This document shows, one piece after another, positions 30,543-41,590 of a stretch of 64,000 nucleotides of DNA (position 1 is its first letter; each line of letters opens with the position of its first letter). Below the pieces are notes generated by a model. It did not search any database and was not told the DNA's origin. It saw only the letters and a program-made list of their open reading frames with translations. The DNA is from a virus (taxonomy: Duplodnaviria; Caudoviricetes), in the IMG/VR virus record IMGVR_UViG_3300009692_000017, positions 28,277 to 92,276 of that record; one strand, written 5' to 3'. The translations under genes and the position numbers were made by a program.

Positions 30543-32108
30543 ATGATTTTAACAAAAACAGTAACGGTTAGACCTAATTCAAAAACTTTATCTTTTTATA
30601 AAAAATTAGGATATGAGTGTACGATGTACACTAAATTGATTATTCCTGTTGAACATTTAACAAAAGGTTCACATCAAATAATAGATGTGAAATGTGATTA
30701 TTGTGGAACTGAAAAAAAATTAGATTATAATAGTTATTGGAGAAATACAAAACATTTAACTATTCCATATTCGTGTTCTGAAAAATGTGGAATGGAAAAA
30801 AGAAATAAAACTAATTTAAAAAAATATGGTTTTGAAAATGTATTTGAAAATGAAGAAATAAAAAATAAAATCAAACTATCTTATATTAATAATTTAGGAG
30901 TTGAACATCCATCAAAAAGTATTGAGATACAAAATAATATAAAGAATACTAATTTAGAGAAATATGGATATACGTGTTCATTATTAAATGAAGATATAAA
31001 AGAAAAATATGAAAAAACAAATTTAGAAAAATATGGTGTAAAAAATCCTTTTCAAAATGAAAAATCTAAAAATACAAAAAAAAATAATATTATTTATAAA
31101 TACAAAGATAAAGGTTTGATTGATATTCAAAATAAAAAATATATTTTAAAGTGTGATAATGGGCATTTAATATATTTGGATAAAAATATATTTCATAACA
31201 GAATAAAATTAAAAACAATTTTATGTAACATATGTAATCCTATTGGCGATTATCATAGAAGTGGTTTAGAAACTGGATTAAGCGATTTTATTAAAATGAA
31301 TTATGATGGTATAATAAAATTGAATAAAAAATTTAGTTATCAAGAAATTGATATTTTTTTACCAGAAATAAAATTAGGTTTTGAATTTAATGGCGTCTAT
31401 TGGCACAATGAATTGTATAAATCAAATGATTATCATTTGAATAAAACTGAATTTTTTGAAAGTAAAGGAATTAAGTTAATTCATATCTATGAAGATGATT
31501 GGTTATATAAACAAGATATAGTTAAATCTAGAATATTAAATTTTCTCTATAAATCAAATAAAATATTTGCAAGAAAATGCAAAATAAAAGAAATTAATAA
31601 CAATAAATTAATTAAAGATTTTTTAGAAAAAAATCATATTCAAGGATTTGTTGGATCCATGTTTAAAATTGGACTTTTTTATAACAATGAACTAGTTTCT
31701 TTAATGACCTTTGGACAGTTAAGAAAATCAATGGGTCAAAAATCAACAGAAGGATCATACGAAATGTTGCGTTTTTGCAACAAATTAAACACTAACGTCG
31801 TTGGTGGAGCTAGTCGTTTATTTAAGTATTTTATTCGAAAATATAAACCAAAAGAAATTACTAGTTACGCTGATAGGAGTTGGTCATCAGGAGAACTATA
31901 CGAAAAACTCGGTTTTAAATTAGTCCATAAAACAAAACCAAATTATTATTATGTAATAGACCGAACTAGAAAATATAGATATAATTTCAGAAAAGATAAA
32001 CTTATAAAAGAAGGATACGATCCATCTAAAACTGAACACGAAATAATGCTAGAAAAAAGAATTTTTAGAATATATGATAGTGGTAGTTTAAAATACTCTT
32101 TTACTTAA
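30543..32108 (+). CDS. Hef-like homing endonuclease
   Basis: KTNLEKYG repeats, EIDIFLPEIKLGFEFNGVYWH, C-terminal domain highly similar to 5852..7390; convergent with wedge gene. Confidence 0.75.
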   Translation: MILTKTVTVRPNSKTLSFYKKLGYECTMYTKLIIPVEHLTKGSHQIIDVKCDYCGTEKKLDYNSYWRNTKHLTIPYSCSEKCGMEKRNKTNLKKYGFENVFENEEIKNKIKLSYINNLGVEHPSKSIEIQNNIKNTNLEKYGYTCSLLNEDIKEKYEKTNLEKYGVKNPFQNEKSKNTKKNNIIYKYKDKGLIDIQNKKYILKCDNGHLIYLDKNIFHNRIKLKTILCNICNPIGDYHRSGLETGLSDFIKMNYDGIIKLNKKFSYQEIDIFLPEIKLGFEFNGVYWHNELYKSNDYHLNKTEFFESKGIKLIHIYEDDWLYKQDIVKSRILNFLYKSNKIFARKCKIKEINNNKLIKDFLEKNHIQGFVGSMFKIGLFYNNELVSLMTFGQLRKSMGQKSTEGSYEMLRFCNKLNTNVVGGASRLFKYFIRKYKPKEITSYADRSWSSGELYEKLGFKLVHKTKPNYYYVIDRTRKYRYNFRKDKLIKEGYDPSKTEHEIMLEKRIFRIYDSGSLKYSFT

Positions 32109-33936
32109 TACTTACACCGGTCCATATTATATTAATAGTAGAAAGTCCATTTATCGTGGGAATGTCACTATAATATATACCATTTCTATCATACCATCCG
32201 CCTCGTAAAATAGCAAATTCATTTTTATCAGCTACTATATCGCCTTGAACTGGATCTAATCCGAGAGTTTTATTAATGTCGTATCTATCTGGAAATGTCG
32301 TAGTTGGTGGTAATAAAGAAGTATCGTTTGTATTTGGAACATTTGAATTTTCAACTCTTATATTTCTATCTCTATGATAATCTTCATTTTTTTTACACAC
32401 AAAATCTAAATTAATACTATCTACGTCAGATATTCCGTCTTTTATTTTAGTTATCAAATCAGATTTAACTATCCTATCATATCTATTGTTGTTAACAAAA
32501 TAATCAGATACGATGGATATTATTTTATTTCTTATATTGTCTTCAAAATCGGTGTTGAATCTTCTAACATAAATGTTAACTATGTATCTTGATATAATTG
32601 GATCTATTATTTTAACATTTGTTGTCATCGATAGTATTCCCAATAATTTAAGATAGTCTAATACTTTGTTTTTTTCGTTTTCATCTAGATAAAATGCATC
32701 AAACGGTATATTGAAATAATTATAATCATTTATGAAATAATTTTTTACATCGGGTATCAAATACAAATAAATGATATTATTAGTCACTGTTGGAAAGTAT
32801 TGTTTTAAATTTTCTATAATTTTATCTCTATTTTTTACATTTTGACCAAATGTTTCTGTTATAAATTGATTGATATAGAAATTATTATTTAAATTACTAT
32901 CATCCAATGTATTATATGCGTTTATAAGAGAAAAAAGATTCAATTTTTTTAATTGATAGATGAATTGTTCTGGAGTTGCCAAAACAAAATTACGTGAAAC
33001 ATGTGGTATAACATTTCTTGTGAATATTTTATTTTCTTTATTTGAACCAAAAGTTATATCATTTTCGATAAATATGTCAAACAAAGTGTCCATGTCCAAT
33101 AATTCACCATTACCATCGTAAACTGAATCAATAAAAGTAAAATCGTTTGCTTTATTATTTAGTATATTTCCGTTTTTACCATCAGATAATAAATATCTGA
33201 CAGTTATTGTTGATCCTATTTCAGGAACAAATCCAAAATCGCCTGTTCCAAAATAAATATCCAACCCTCCATTAAAACCAGTCCTAGAATAAAAAGCATA
33301 TTCAAAAGGTAACATATCATATAAATGTGCTTTTGAATTTAATAAAATACCGTTGTAGAAAACAGCGAAATTAAAGTTTTCAATGTTATTTAATCCTGTT
33401 ACGTTAACACTATATGATTGATTTTTTACACCTCGTCCGGTAAAACTTGTAATTTCATATTTGCCTTGTATTACATTTAAAGGTATTGTCATATTTGATG
33501 TGATATCATATATCACGTATTCCGAACCAAGGATTATATTATAGTATAAACTGTTTGTCTTATTTTTAATCGCCGTTCTATTATTTATTTTCATTTTACT
33601 CCCGCTGATTTGATTGGCGATATCTATACCAACTTTTAATTTTAAATTAATTGTTCCAGTCGCTGATATGGGTCTTGTTGGATTATGACCACTAATACGG
33701 GCTAAATTGTTTATAATTCTTTCGTCAGTTGCTGAATCTATTGACAATTGATTAACTGAATTTTTGTTATAAATTAAATTATGTAAAAATAATTCCTTAT
33801 CCAACTTAATAATTTGACCATATGGTGAAGCTTCTGAAAACAAAATATCTGATTTAGAATAGGTGTTTTGTAACCACGCTTTTATTTGATTGCTGAGTCT
33901 ATCATATTGCGTTTCTATGAAACTAAAAATTGGCAT
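32101..33936 (-). CDS. Baseplate wedge subunit (T4 gp6-like)
   Basis: SPYGQI, LARISGHNPTR.ISATG, IYFGTGDFGFVP..G..I.V.YL.SDG..GN; TTAATATATA at 33953-33962. Confidence 0.8.
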   Translation of the reverse strand: MPIFSFIETQYDRLSNQIKAWLQNTYSKSDILFSEASPYGQIIKLDKELFLHNLIYNKNSVNQLSIDSATDERIINNLARISGHNPTRPISATGTINLKLKVGIDIANQISGSKMKINNRTAIKNKTNSLYYNIILGSEYVIYDITSNMTIPLNVIQGKYEITSFTGRGVKNQSYSVNVTGLNNIENFNFAVFYNGILLNSKAHLYDMLPFEYAFYSRTGFNGGLDIYFGTGDFGFVPEIGSTITVRYLLSDGKNGNILNNKANDFTFIDSVYDGNGELLDMDTLFDIFIENDITFGSNKENKIFTRNVIPHVSRNFVLATPEQFIYQLKKLNLFSLINAYNTLDDSNLNNNFYINQFITETFGQNVKNRDKIIENLKQYFPTVTNNIIYLYLIPDVKNYFINDYNYFNIPFDAFYLDENEKNKVLDYLKLLGILSMTTNVKIIDPIISRYIVNIYVRRFNTDFEDNIRNKIISIVSDYFVNNNRYDRIVKSDLITKIKDGISDVDSINLDFVCKKNEDYHRDRNIRVENSNVPNTNDTSLLPPTTTFPDRYDINKTLGLDPVQGDIVADKNEFAILRGGWYDRNGIYYSDIPTINGLSTINIIWTGVSIK

Positions 33937-33986
33937 GATATTTTTTTATTTTTATATATTAAATTTCACACATTGTAATCAATGAT

Positions 33987-34655
33987 TCATTTTAAAATAT
34001 TATCTTTCAATGTTTCACCAATTGTTTGAACCAATGTATCTAATCCGGATTTTTCTATATCTATATTTTTACCGTTTATATTAAAGGTTAAAATGAAGTC
34101 ATTTTTTCCTTCTTTTTTTATGAATAATTCTACTTCTTCTGATGTGTTCACATTTAATACAAAATGAAATGATAAACTTTTACACGGCATCACTTTCATT
34201 TTTGGTTCGTATTTAAATCCAGTTAAAGATATGTCCTTAACGTTTTCTTTATTAAACCAATCATTGACAACAAAAGATGGATGTTTTATGAACTCAGATA
34301 ATATTTTTATATTATTACCAAATTCATTATTTTTAATGACATTTTCCCATTGATTTTTAAAATCGTTTATATTATCAATGATTTTCATTTTATATTGACA
34401 ATTAATATCAAATAAATATTTGAAGAAATTTTGTCCCTCTTTATTAGGTACAATATATTCTTTTTCTTTATCTACTACAAATAATAATTTTGTATATAAT
34501 ATCACATTTGATTCAGTGAATAATCTATTGAAAAATATTATAAGTCTGAGGACACCGTCCTTTTCTTCATAAACCGAATCTGAGAATTGAATTTCACTTC
34601 CTCTCATAACATCTTTTATTGCTGTTTCTATTTCTCTTATTGAAATTTTGGTCAT
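33987..34655 (-). CDS. Hypothetical protein
   Basis: 222-aa ORF in the late-strand cluster. Confidence 0.6.
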   Translation of the reverse strand: MTKISIREIETAIKDVMRGSEIQFSDSVYEEKDGVLRLIIFFNRLFTESNVILYTKLLFVVDKEKEYIVPNKEGQNFFKYLFDINCQYKMKIIDNINDFKNQWENVIKNNEFGNNIKILSEFIKHPSFVVNDWFNKENVKDISLTGFKYEPKMKVMPCKSLSFHFVLNVNTSEEVELFIKKEGKNDFILTFNINGKNIDIEKSGLDTLVQTIGETLKDNILK

Positions 34656-34670
34656 TTTATTTATTTTTTT

Positions 34671-35504
34671 TTAATCTCCCCCATCTAGTTGATTTAGACG
34701 TTGCAAAGAATAATTGTAATTGTCAATATCTTTTTTCTTATTTTTTTTAGAATTTTTAGGTGAAAATAAAAATAGATGATGACTAGTCATAAAGGTGTCA
34801 TAAATACCAGTATAATCTATTATTCTTCTTAACCTTATATTATAAATGTTTTCTAATTTATTAGATGTTGCGAATCTATGAAGGGATTTATAATTTCTTA
34901 TTTCATCTCTTTCGTATCCGGGTTGTTCATCTTCCCATGTCTCTTCCCCATATGGATCTATATTCACGTAAGTATTTAAAATTTCTTTTGTTTTTTTATC
35001 CTTTATGGTACCTGAAAAATCTATTAATGTTATATCTTGATAATCTAATATGTTTAAATCTGTTATAATCCCGTCATTTTTAATTTTATCTATAAATGAT
35101 TTTATATTTCTTCTATCTCCGATAATAGCATATATGTGTTGTCTAAAGTTATCATTTCTAAAATCTTCAGATAATTCTCTCATTTTTTTTCTGATTAATT
35201 TTCTTCTCGCGATTGGAAAAAATATTGTAATAAGTAAATTCATCACACTAAAAGAATTTATTATATAACCGGCTGATGACAAATATTTTTTCCAATCGGG
35301 TCCTAAAATTTGAATTAATAATATTGAAAAAGCAATAAACATCATTGCGAAAGAACCGTTACACGCCAAAAGATACATTTTTCTTAAAAATTGTTCTTTT
35401 TTTTGAAAACTCAAATTTTTCAAATATAATTTTATTTTATCTCCAACATCAGAAATTATTCCTTCGTTTAAGAAATCATCATATTTTAATAAATGTTCAT
35501 CCAT
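34671..35504 (-). CDS. Two-TM protein with CTS-like leader and internal DPYGEETW motif
   Basis: MDEHLLKYDDFLNEG; paralog of the next gene (YAIIGD, YNIRLR). Confidence 0.65.
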   Translation of the reverse strand: MDEHLLKYDDFLNEGIISDVGDKIKLYLKNLSFQKKEQFLRKMYLLACNGSFAMMFIAFSILLIQILGPDWKKYLSSAGYIINSFSVMNLLITIFFPIARRKLIRKKMRELSEDFRNDNFRQHIYAIIGDRRNIKSFIDKIKNDGIITDLNILDYQDITLIDFSGTIKDKKTKEILNTYVNIDPYGEETWEDEQPGYERDEIRNYKSLHRFATSNKLENIYNIRLRRIIDYTGIYDTFMTSHHLFLFSPKNSKKNKKKDIDNYNYSLQRLNQLDGGD

Positions 35505-35506
35505 TT

Positions 35507-36400
35507 TTATCTTTTATTTTTTAATCCATATTTTCTGTAATTGTCATTATAGTCATTCAGTCCATAATCATATTCACTTTTAATTATCCTTTTTTCTTTA
35601 TTTTTAATCCCTATAACTATTGAATTGTCCAGGAAATCTTTAATATAGTTTATTTTTCTCAATCTAATATTATAATATCTCGATATATTATTTCCCAATC
35701 TATCAATTTTCAACACATTCACATTCATCATATATTGTTTATATATATCTTCTCTATTCATTTTTTTGTTTATTTCTTCATCGTCTTCCCAATCTTCTTC
35801 ACCGTAAGGATCTTCCATTGAATGTATTTTTATAATTTTTTCTATTTCTTCTTTACTTTTTACACTATTTTTTACTGATCCTCCAAAATCAATGACATCA
35901 ACATCGTCTATTTTAGCTAAATGTCCGTCATCTATTAAACCATCATCTTTTAATATTTTGATAAATGCTTCTTTATTTTTTTTATCACCTATTATAGCAT
36001 ATACATAGTCACTAAATTCATACTTATTAATTCTATTTCTAATGTCGGTCATTTTTCTTCTTATCATATTTTTTCTTTCAGATTTTAATGTCGTACTCCA
36101 TCCAAAAATGAACCACATACACATTAAAACGATTTTAACAGATGAATATTCTTTTAAAAATTCTTTTATATTTGTCACTTTCAATATTTCACACAGTGCT
36201 GACGCGACAAGTAAAATTGATAAAGATATTGATCCATATACGAGATATTTATAAATTTTTCTCAAATAGAATTCCCTCTTTTGAAAGTCCAATTTATCCC
36301 AAGCATTTCTTATTTTTATCTTAATTTTATTAAATTCTTCTTTTACATTAGAAATAATTCCTTCATTTATGAAATCGTCATATGCTAATAGATTATTCAT
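35507..36400 (-). CDS. Two-TM protein with CTS-like leader and internal DPYGEEDW motif (start revised)
   Basis: ATG at 36400 gives MNNLLAYDDFINEG; TTAATATATA at 36424-36433. Confidence 0.65.
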   Translation of the reverse strand: MNNLLAYDDFINEGIISNVKEEFNKIKIKIRNAWDKLDFQKREFYLRKIYKYLVYGSISLSILLVASALCEILKVTNIKEFLKEYSSVKIVLMCMWFIFGWSTTLKSERKNMIRRKMTDIRNRINKYEFSDYVYAIIGDKKNKEAFIKILKDDGLIDDGHLAKIDDVDVIDFGGSVKNSVKSKEEIEKIIKIHSMEDPYGEEDWEDDEEINKKMNREDIYKQYMMNVNVLKIDRLGNNISRYYNIRLRKINYIKDFLDNSIVIGIKNKEKRIIKSEYDYGLNDYNDNYRKYGLKNKR

Positions 36401-36443
36401 TATTTTGTTTGTTTTTTTTATTCTATATATTAAAATATAAAAC

Positions 36444-36473
36444 AAAAAAAGATCTCGAATAGAGATCTTTTTT
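36444..36473 (-). terminator. Intrinsic terminator
   Basis: aaaaaagatctc-gaata-gagatctttttt. Confidence 0.7.
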
Positions 36474-36496
36474 CAATAAAAATTAAATATGAAAAA

Positions 36497-39208
36497 TTAA
36501 TCATGAGCTATTGATTGAATGCTTTGAATCTGTGATGTTAAAAATTCTTTCGTTATTAAATATCTATGATCTATATCACTAGTATCACTTTCATCAATTC
36601 TTAAAATATTTACTTTTATTCCTTTATAATAATGTACTTTTGGAGTACCTGCTTTAATTAAATCCATGCCATACGTATCCCAATTTAAACCCAATTGAGC
36701 TCCTTGTTTACTGACTATTTTATACATTCCAGAATAATCAGTATATCCAGTACCTGTCATCAATAAAAAGTCCTCAATAAAAATCCAGTCATCAACATAA
36801 AATAAATTTCCATCGTTTATTGTTATTGAAGTTCCGGTTGTTGTTGTCGAACCACGAGTATAACCAGTATTAAATTGGGTTACAAAAGTGGTCAAATTCA
36901 TATAATATGCGGTATTAAATGTGGAACCGGTTGGATTTGTGGGATCATATTCTGATATATCTATTGGAGTATATAAAGAATCTATTAAATTTTTCTCGGT
37001 TCTAACATTCGGAGTTCCATCATAAAACATCAAATTTATGTTTAAAACATTATAATATAATCCGATGTCGGGTCTTATAATAAAATCAACTGATTGTTTA
37101 TATTGCAAATCTTTGTCGAGAGCGACATTAAGAATCGTATCTGAATTATCTATAACCATATTATTATAAATGTTAACCAAAAATTTACCATCATTTGGTA
37201 CAGATATTATTTGAGATGATGTTGATGATAATGTGGTTCCGGTATTGTTTGTTCTAGCCATATTATAATCTACAATGTCAGTTGTATAAAGATTATAAAT
37301 TTCGTTGTAATCCACGTTAATAACATTGAAACTAAGTGCTGGATAATTTTTCGTATAATCAATGTTTATTTTAACAGTATCAGAATTGACAAATTGATTT
37401 GTTTGATACATTTTTAACAGATCTTCCATATTTCTCAATCTGTTTTTTATATCATTTATGTCCGTTTGAGAATATAATAAACTTTTCAATTTATTAATAT
37501 CTTCATTCATTGTCATAAATTCCCCTATAATCACTTTAAATTGATCTGTCAATAATACGTAGTTACTCATAACTTTGTTGTATAAATCAAAACCAAATAT
37601 ATCGTATATTGATGTTGGATCATATCTCAAAGGCAACATATCGTTATCAACGGCATAATTTAAATTTAAATTATAAATATATGAATATCCGTCTTGTGTA
37701 GAATTAGTTACTAATTTTTTTGTCAATGATATTTGTCTATCATTTGCTGTTCCATAATCGTTATCTGGATTATCCAAAAATTCGATACCATATAAATTCA
37801 CATAATCTTTATTTGTGGTATAATCATGAATATTATAGTACCAAAGAATAGCGTTAAATTCGAAATCTGAAGGTGGATTTCCGTTTATTGATATTGTATT
37901 AAACTCATCAAAATTATTTACTTTTGATGATGCCTGTTGTGCTCTATAATAATGATTTAAATTGAAATCTAAACACAAACCATCAATATTATCAGAATTA
38001 AAATCTGTTAGATTTTCAAAGGCATCGTCGACAGCCAATCCGACATTATTAAGTTTTAAATTACCATAATATTCACCACTATAACGCATAGAATCCCCGG
38101 GACTTAAAACATAAGTTTTATCAAAAGTATCATAATAACCAAAATAAGATCCAGGATAATCAGTTGGATTTGTTCTAATAGGTGATGATAATATTTCTGA
38201 ACCTATAATTTCATCTTGTATTTGTTCATCCAATATGGGTATTTCTAATCCAGGATAATAATTAGTATTTTGATTTATTTCAAAAAGAATTGTTGGAGTC
38301 ATTCCCGCGTGAGATGGAATCATAGCTGTAAACTCTGTAAATGTTTGTTGAGAAGATTTTACTTGACTTGTCGCTTGTATTTCACCGATATACTGAATTA
38401 ATTTATGATAATGTAAATAACATGTTCCAGTATAAGAATTACCGTCACTATATGAATAATTGAGCGTTATTGTAGTGTCATTTGTGCCAAATTCTATATT
38501 ACTTATAGTGTGTGTAGAACCAGTGAGAACAGGATTTATAGTTGCACCAGATAACCAAATATCATCACCCACTTTAAATTTAGCTAAACTGTCAATAGTT
38601 ATTATTGGATTATCACTTTCTGAAGTTATAGTACAAGTATAATATCTAATTTCTCTTTCTTTCCATAAATATTTTCTAAAATAATCATTATTTACTATAG
38701 TTGACGCGTTTGGATTATCAAAATCAGATAAATTTTTGTCCCAATCGATTTTATGTTCGGCTGGTTCTAAATCTATTATATTATGTAATCTACACCATTT
38801 CCAAAATATTTCTTCAGTTGGCGTTCTTTTTTCTAATGGATTATAAAAATCCGAATTCATTGTTAAACGTGTCTCTCTAAAACAAGCGTCTTGATTTGCT
38901 ATATAATTCCTAATTGATTCCACTAGTTGATCTGCATATTGATTATTTGTTGGATATCCACTATTAGGATCGAAATTATAAGTATTGATACCGTATTCTG
39001 GATCAATAACATTGGTTTTTGTGAAATTTAAAACTTTTCCACCAGAACTTTTATCTATACCGTCACTTCTAGGAATATTTAGTAAAACGAATTTTGTTAC
39101 TTGTAAATTATCTTGTGATGAAGAATTCACATCATTTGCAGCCGAAGGAAATGAAATAAATGTGGTACCCTTCTCTCTTAATCTTTTATATAGGGGACAA
39201 CTTGCCAT
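36497..39208 (-). CDS. Large putative virion structural (baseplate/tail) protein
   Basis: 903 aa, short coiled coil, beta-rich ends, TTAATATATA at 39228-39237. Confidence 0.55.
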   Translation of the reverse strand: MASCPLYKRLREKGTTFISFPSAANDVNSSSQDNLQVTKFVLLNIPRSDGIDKSSGGKVLNFTKTNVIDPEYGINTYNFDPNSGYPTNNQYADQLVESIRNYIANQDACFRETRLTMNSDFYNPLEKRTPTEEIFWKWCRLHNIIDLEPAEHKIDWDKNLSDFDNPNASTIVNNDYFRKYLWKEREIRYYTCTITSESDNPIITIDSLAKFKVGDDIWLSGATINPVLTGSTHTISNIEFGTNDTTITLNYSYSDGNSYTGTCYLHYHKLIQYIGEIQATSQVKSSQQTFTEFTAMIPSHAGMTPTILFEINQNTNYYPGLEIPILDEQIQDEIIGSEILSSPIRTNPTDYPGSYFGYYDTFDKTYVLSPGDSMRYSGEYYGNLKLNNVGLAVDDAFENLTDFNSDNIDGLCLDFNLNHYYRAQQASSKVNNFDEFNTISINGNPPSDFEFNAILWYYNIHDYTTNKDYVNLYGIEFLDNPDNDYGTANDRQISLTKKLVTNSTQDGYSYIYNLNLNYAVDNDMLPLRYDPTSIYDIFGFDLYNKVMSNYVLLTDQFKVIIGEFMTMNEDINKLKSLLYSQTDINDIKNRLRNMEDLLKMYQTNQFVNSDTVKINIDYTKNYPALSFNVINVDYNEIYNLYTTDIVDYNMARTNNTGTTLSSTSSQIISVPNDGKFLVNIYNNMVIDNSDTILNVALDKDLQYKQSVDFIIRPDIGLYYNVLNINLMFYDGTPNVRTEKNLIDSLYTPIDISEYDPTNPTGSTFNTAYYMNLTTFVTQFNTGYTRGSTTTTGTSITINDGNLFYVDDWIFIEDFLLMTGTGYTDYSGMYKIVSKQGAQLGLNWDTYGMDLIKAGTPKVHYYKGIKVNILRIDESDTSDIDHRYLITKEFLTSQIQSIQSIAHD

Positions 39209-39379
39209 TTAAATTTTATTTTTCTTTTATATATTAAATTTCAAAGTGCATAAAAAAATCTTTTTTAAGGATACTTTTTGACTGTTTTTTATTTAAATAA
39301 TTTTTTTATTCAGTAAAAAATTATTATTTTTGTATTAAACTTTTGATAATTCATATTGTTCTGGAAATATTTATAAAAT

Positions 39380-39592
39380 ATGAAAAATTTCATTATTGTT
39401 TTAATCGGATTAAGTATATTATTTGGTACTATTTTTAGTATCGCATTAATAGTTGTCACCTTTAAGGGTTGGAAATTAAATAAAATAAGCAAGAAAGAAG
39501 ATTGGAAATCATATATTATAGCAATTGAATATTGGATTTTATTAATGATATTTTGGATTATTTATTTATATTTATTTGAATTTAAACAATAA
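39380..39592 (+). CDS. Small two-TM membrane protein
   Basis: Two hydrophobic segments; followed by terminator. Confidence 0.5.
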   Translation: MKNFIIVLIGLSILFGTIFSIALIVVTFKGWKLNKISKKEDWKSYIIAIEYWILLMIFWIIYLYLFEFKQ

Positions 39593-39646
39593 AAATTATT
39601 CACATTTTTAAAAATAATGACATTTACTATTTTCTCTGATTAAATT

Positions 39647-39681
39647 AAAAAAAAAGAGGGCAAAATGCCCTCTTTTTTTTT
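39647..39681. terminator. Bidirectional intrinsic terminator
   Basis: aaaaagagggca-aaa-tgccctctttttttt. Confidence 0.75.
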
Positions 39682-39714
39682 GAAATTGCGGTGATGCAGC
39701 GTCACATTACACAA

Positions 39715-40368
39715 TTAAATTTCATTTATATTATCTTCTTCATCTTCTTTTTCTTCATCATCTTCTTTATCTTCTTCATCATCTTCTTTATCTTCTTTTT
39801 TATCTTTTTCTTCTTCATCATCTTCTTTTTCTTCTTCATCATCTTTTTTAATTTCAAAATCGATATCTTTAATACCAAGTGATTCAAATTCATCATTTTC
39901 ATCTTTCCCCAAATCTTCGAATTCTATATCTACTTTCAAAAAGTCCTTTAGTTGTTCGCTCAAATTTGAATTTTCTATATCTTCTTCTATTTCTTCGATT
40001 ATATCGTCATCTGGGTCTAACGAATAGTCAATGTCGGAATTATACATTTTTTCTTCAAAATCATCATCATCTTCATCATAATCTGAATCTGTTTCCAAGT
40101 ATTCATCAAACGAAGAAATCATTTCTTCTATTTCGTCAAAATTATCTTTTATTGCAAGATTTTTTAATTTTTTCATAAAAAAATCTTGTGATGATTCGTC
40201 CTCATAATCACTATCATCGTCATCATAATTGATTATATAATCTTTTAATTCATCAAAATAATTATCTTTACTCATTATGTATTCCATTACATAGATATAA
40301 GACGGTTTTTTAATGTTTGAAGATTCTCTTGATCCTCCGCCAATGAAATCGTTAAAATTATTTATCAT
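39715..40368 (-). CDS. Highly acidic low-complexity protein
   Basis: D/E-rich throughout; MINNFNDFI leader. Confidence 0.65.
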   Translation of the reverse strand: MINNFNDFIGGGSRESSNIKKPSYIYVMEYIMSKDNYFDELKDYIINYDDDDSDYEDESSQDFFMKKLKNLAIKDNFDEIEEMISSFDEYLETDSDYDEDDDDFEEKMYNSDIDYSLDPDDDIIEEIEEDIENSNLSEQLKDFLKVDIEFEDLGKDENDEFESLGIKDIDFEIKKDDEEEKEDDEEEKDKKEDKEDDEEDKEDDEEKEDEEDNINEI

Positions 40369-40501
40369 ATTATGGTTTATTTTTTATGTGAACTTATATA
40401 TATTATTTATATAATTAAAATCGAAAAGTTTTCAAAAAAATCATTAGTATTAAAATATAGTTGTAGTTTTTCAATGCATCTCAATTCGACGAGATTATCT
40501 G

Positions 40502-41131
40502 TTAAAAATCGGCATTTTTATAGTGGCATACAATATATTCTGGCATTTTATCCAATTTTTTGAACTTATATCCAAGAGAAGACAATTTCATAAAATATAT
40601 AAAATCGTGCCCATATCCTGTAGAAAATTTAAGATATTCTCCATTTTTCAGTGTCTTTGGAGACTTGTGACTTATACTAGATGTACCTATTGACGCCCAT
40701 CTTGGTTCGACTACTCTAACGTGTAATTTTGAAAATTCTTTATTTAATGTCATATAATCATTATAATATACGAAATCGTATTTATTTATATCGAATTGTT
40801 CTTGTATTATTTTTAAATGGTTTTTGCCTATTACATCATCAGCATCCAAGTAAGTAACAATATCACCGTTGATCACTTCAAATGCTATATTTCTCATTAT
40901 ACCAGAATATAATGGTTGTTTTGGTATAGGGATGAGTTTTACATTTGGTTTATTTGAAAAATTTTCATTAAATAATCTATTAGTTATTTCACAGCCATCA
41001 GAAACTATTATGAGTTCTTTATCTTCATATGTCTGATTCAAAAACGAATTAACGGCTCTTTTGAATTTTAGATCTAAATTTTGTCTTCCAGGCATACTAA
41101 GAAAACTAGCCATTATAACGGATATTTTCAT
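40502..41131 (-). CDS. Glycosyltransferase family 2
   Basis: KISVIM, NQTYEDKELIIVSDG, RN, YLDADD (DxD). Confidence 0.85.
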   Translation of the reverse strand: MKISVIMASFLSMPGRQNLDLKFKRAVNSFLNQTYEDKELIIVSDGCEITNRLFNENFSNKPNVKLIPIPKQPLYSGIMRNIAFEVINGDIVTYLDADDVIGKNHLKIIQEQFDINKYDFVYYNDYMTLNKEFSKLHVRVVEPRWASIGTSSISHKSPKTLKNGEYLKFSTGYGHDFIYFMKLSSLGYKFKKLDKMPEYIVCHYKNADF

Positions 41132-41249
41132 AACAAACTTATTTTTTCCTTATATAAATATAAATCAACAATAAGTTTTATTTCCTATTGAAAATTTTTT
41201 ATTTTAAGAATTAATATTTATCTTTGTAAAAAGAATTATTATTATTAAT

Positions 41250-41588
41250 ATGGTCTATACTAGTAATTTCGCGAATTTGAAGAAATTAGACAAAGACAAA
41301 TGTGTGTCTATTGCTAGGGGTACACCAAAATTTTTTAATGGTGAAATTTTTTATCCTCTTATTCCTACTTGGGATATGATAATGAATCACAAAAATAATA
41401 AAATAACAGATGGACAATATACTTTACTTTATTATGAAATATTAGAAAAAATTAATCCAAGAGAAATAATTGAAGATTATAATGAAAAAATATTTTTATG
41501 TTGGTGTGCTAAAAACAAATTTTGTCATAGACATATTTTTGCAGAATGGCTTAATAAATATAAAAATGAATCTTGTAAAGAAATTTAA
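41250..41588 (+). CDS. DUF488-like protein
   Basis: YTSNFA, VSIARGTP, LCWC....FCHRHIFAEWL. Confidence 0.7.
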   Translation: MVYTSNFANLKKLDKDKCVSIARGTPKFFNGEIFYPLIPTWDMIMNHKNNKITDGQYTLLYYEILEKINPREIIEDYNEKIFLCWCAKNKFCHRHIFAEWLNKYKNESCKEI

Positions 41589-41590
41589 TC

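Noticed and set aside
39686-39712. GC-richer intergenic patch as a tRNA or ncRNA
   Set aside because: Too short, no cloverleaf or T-loop motif; no tRNA recognised anywhere in the window by eye.
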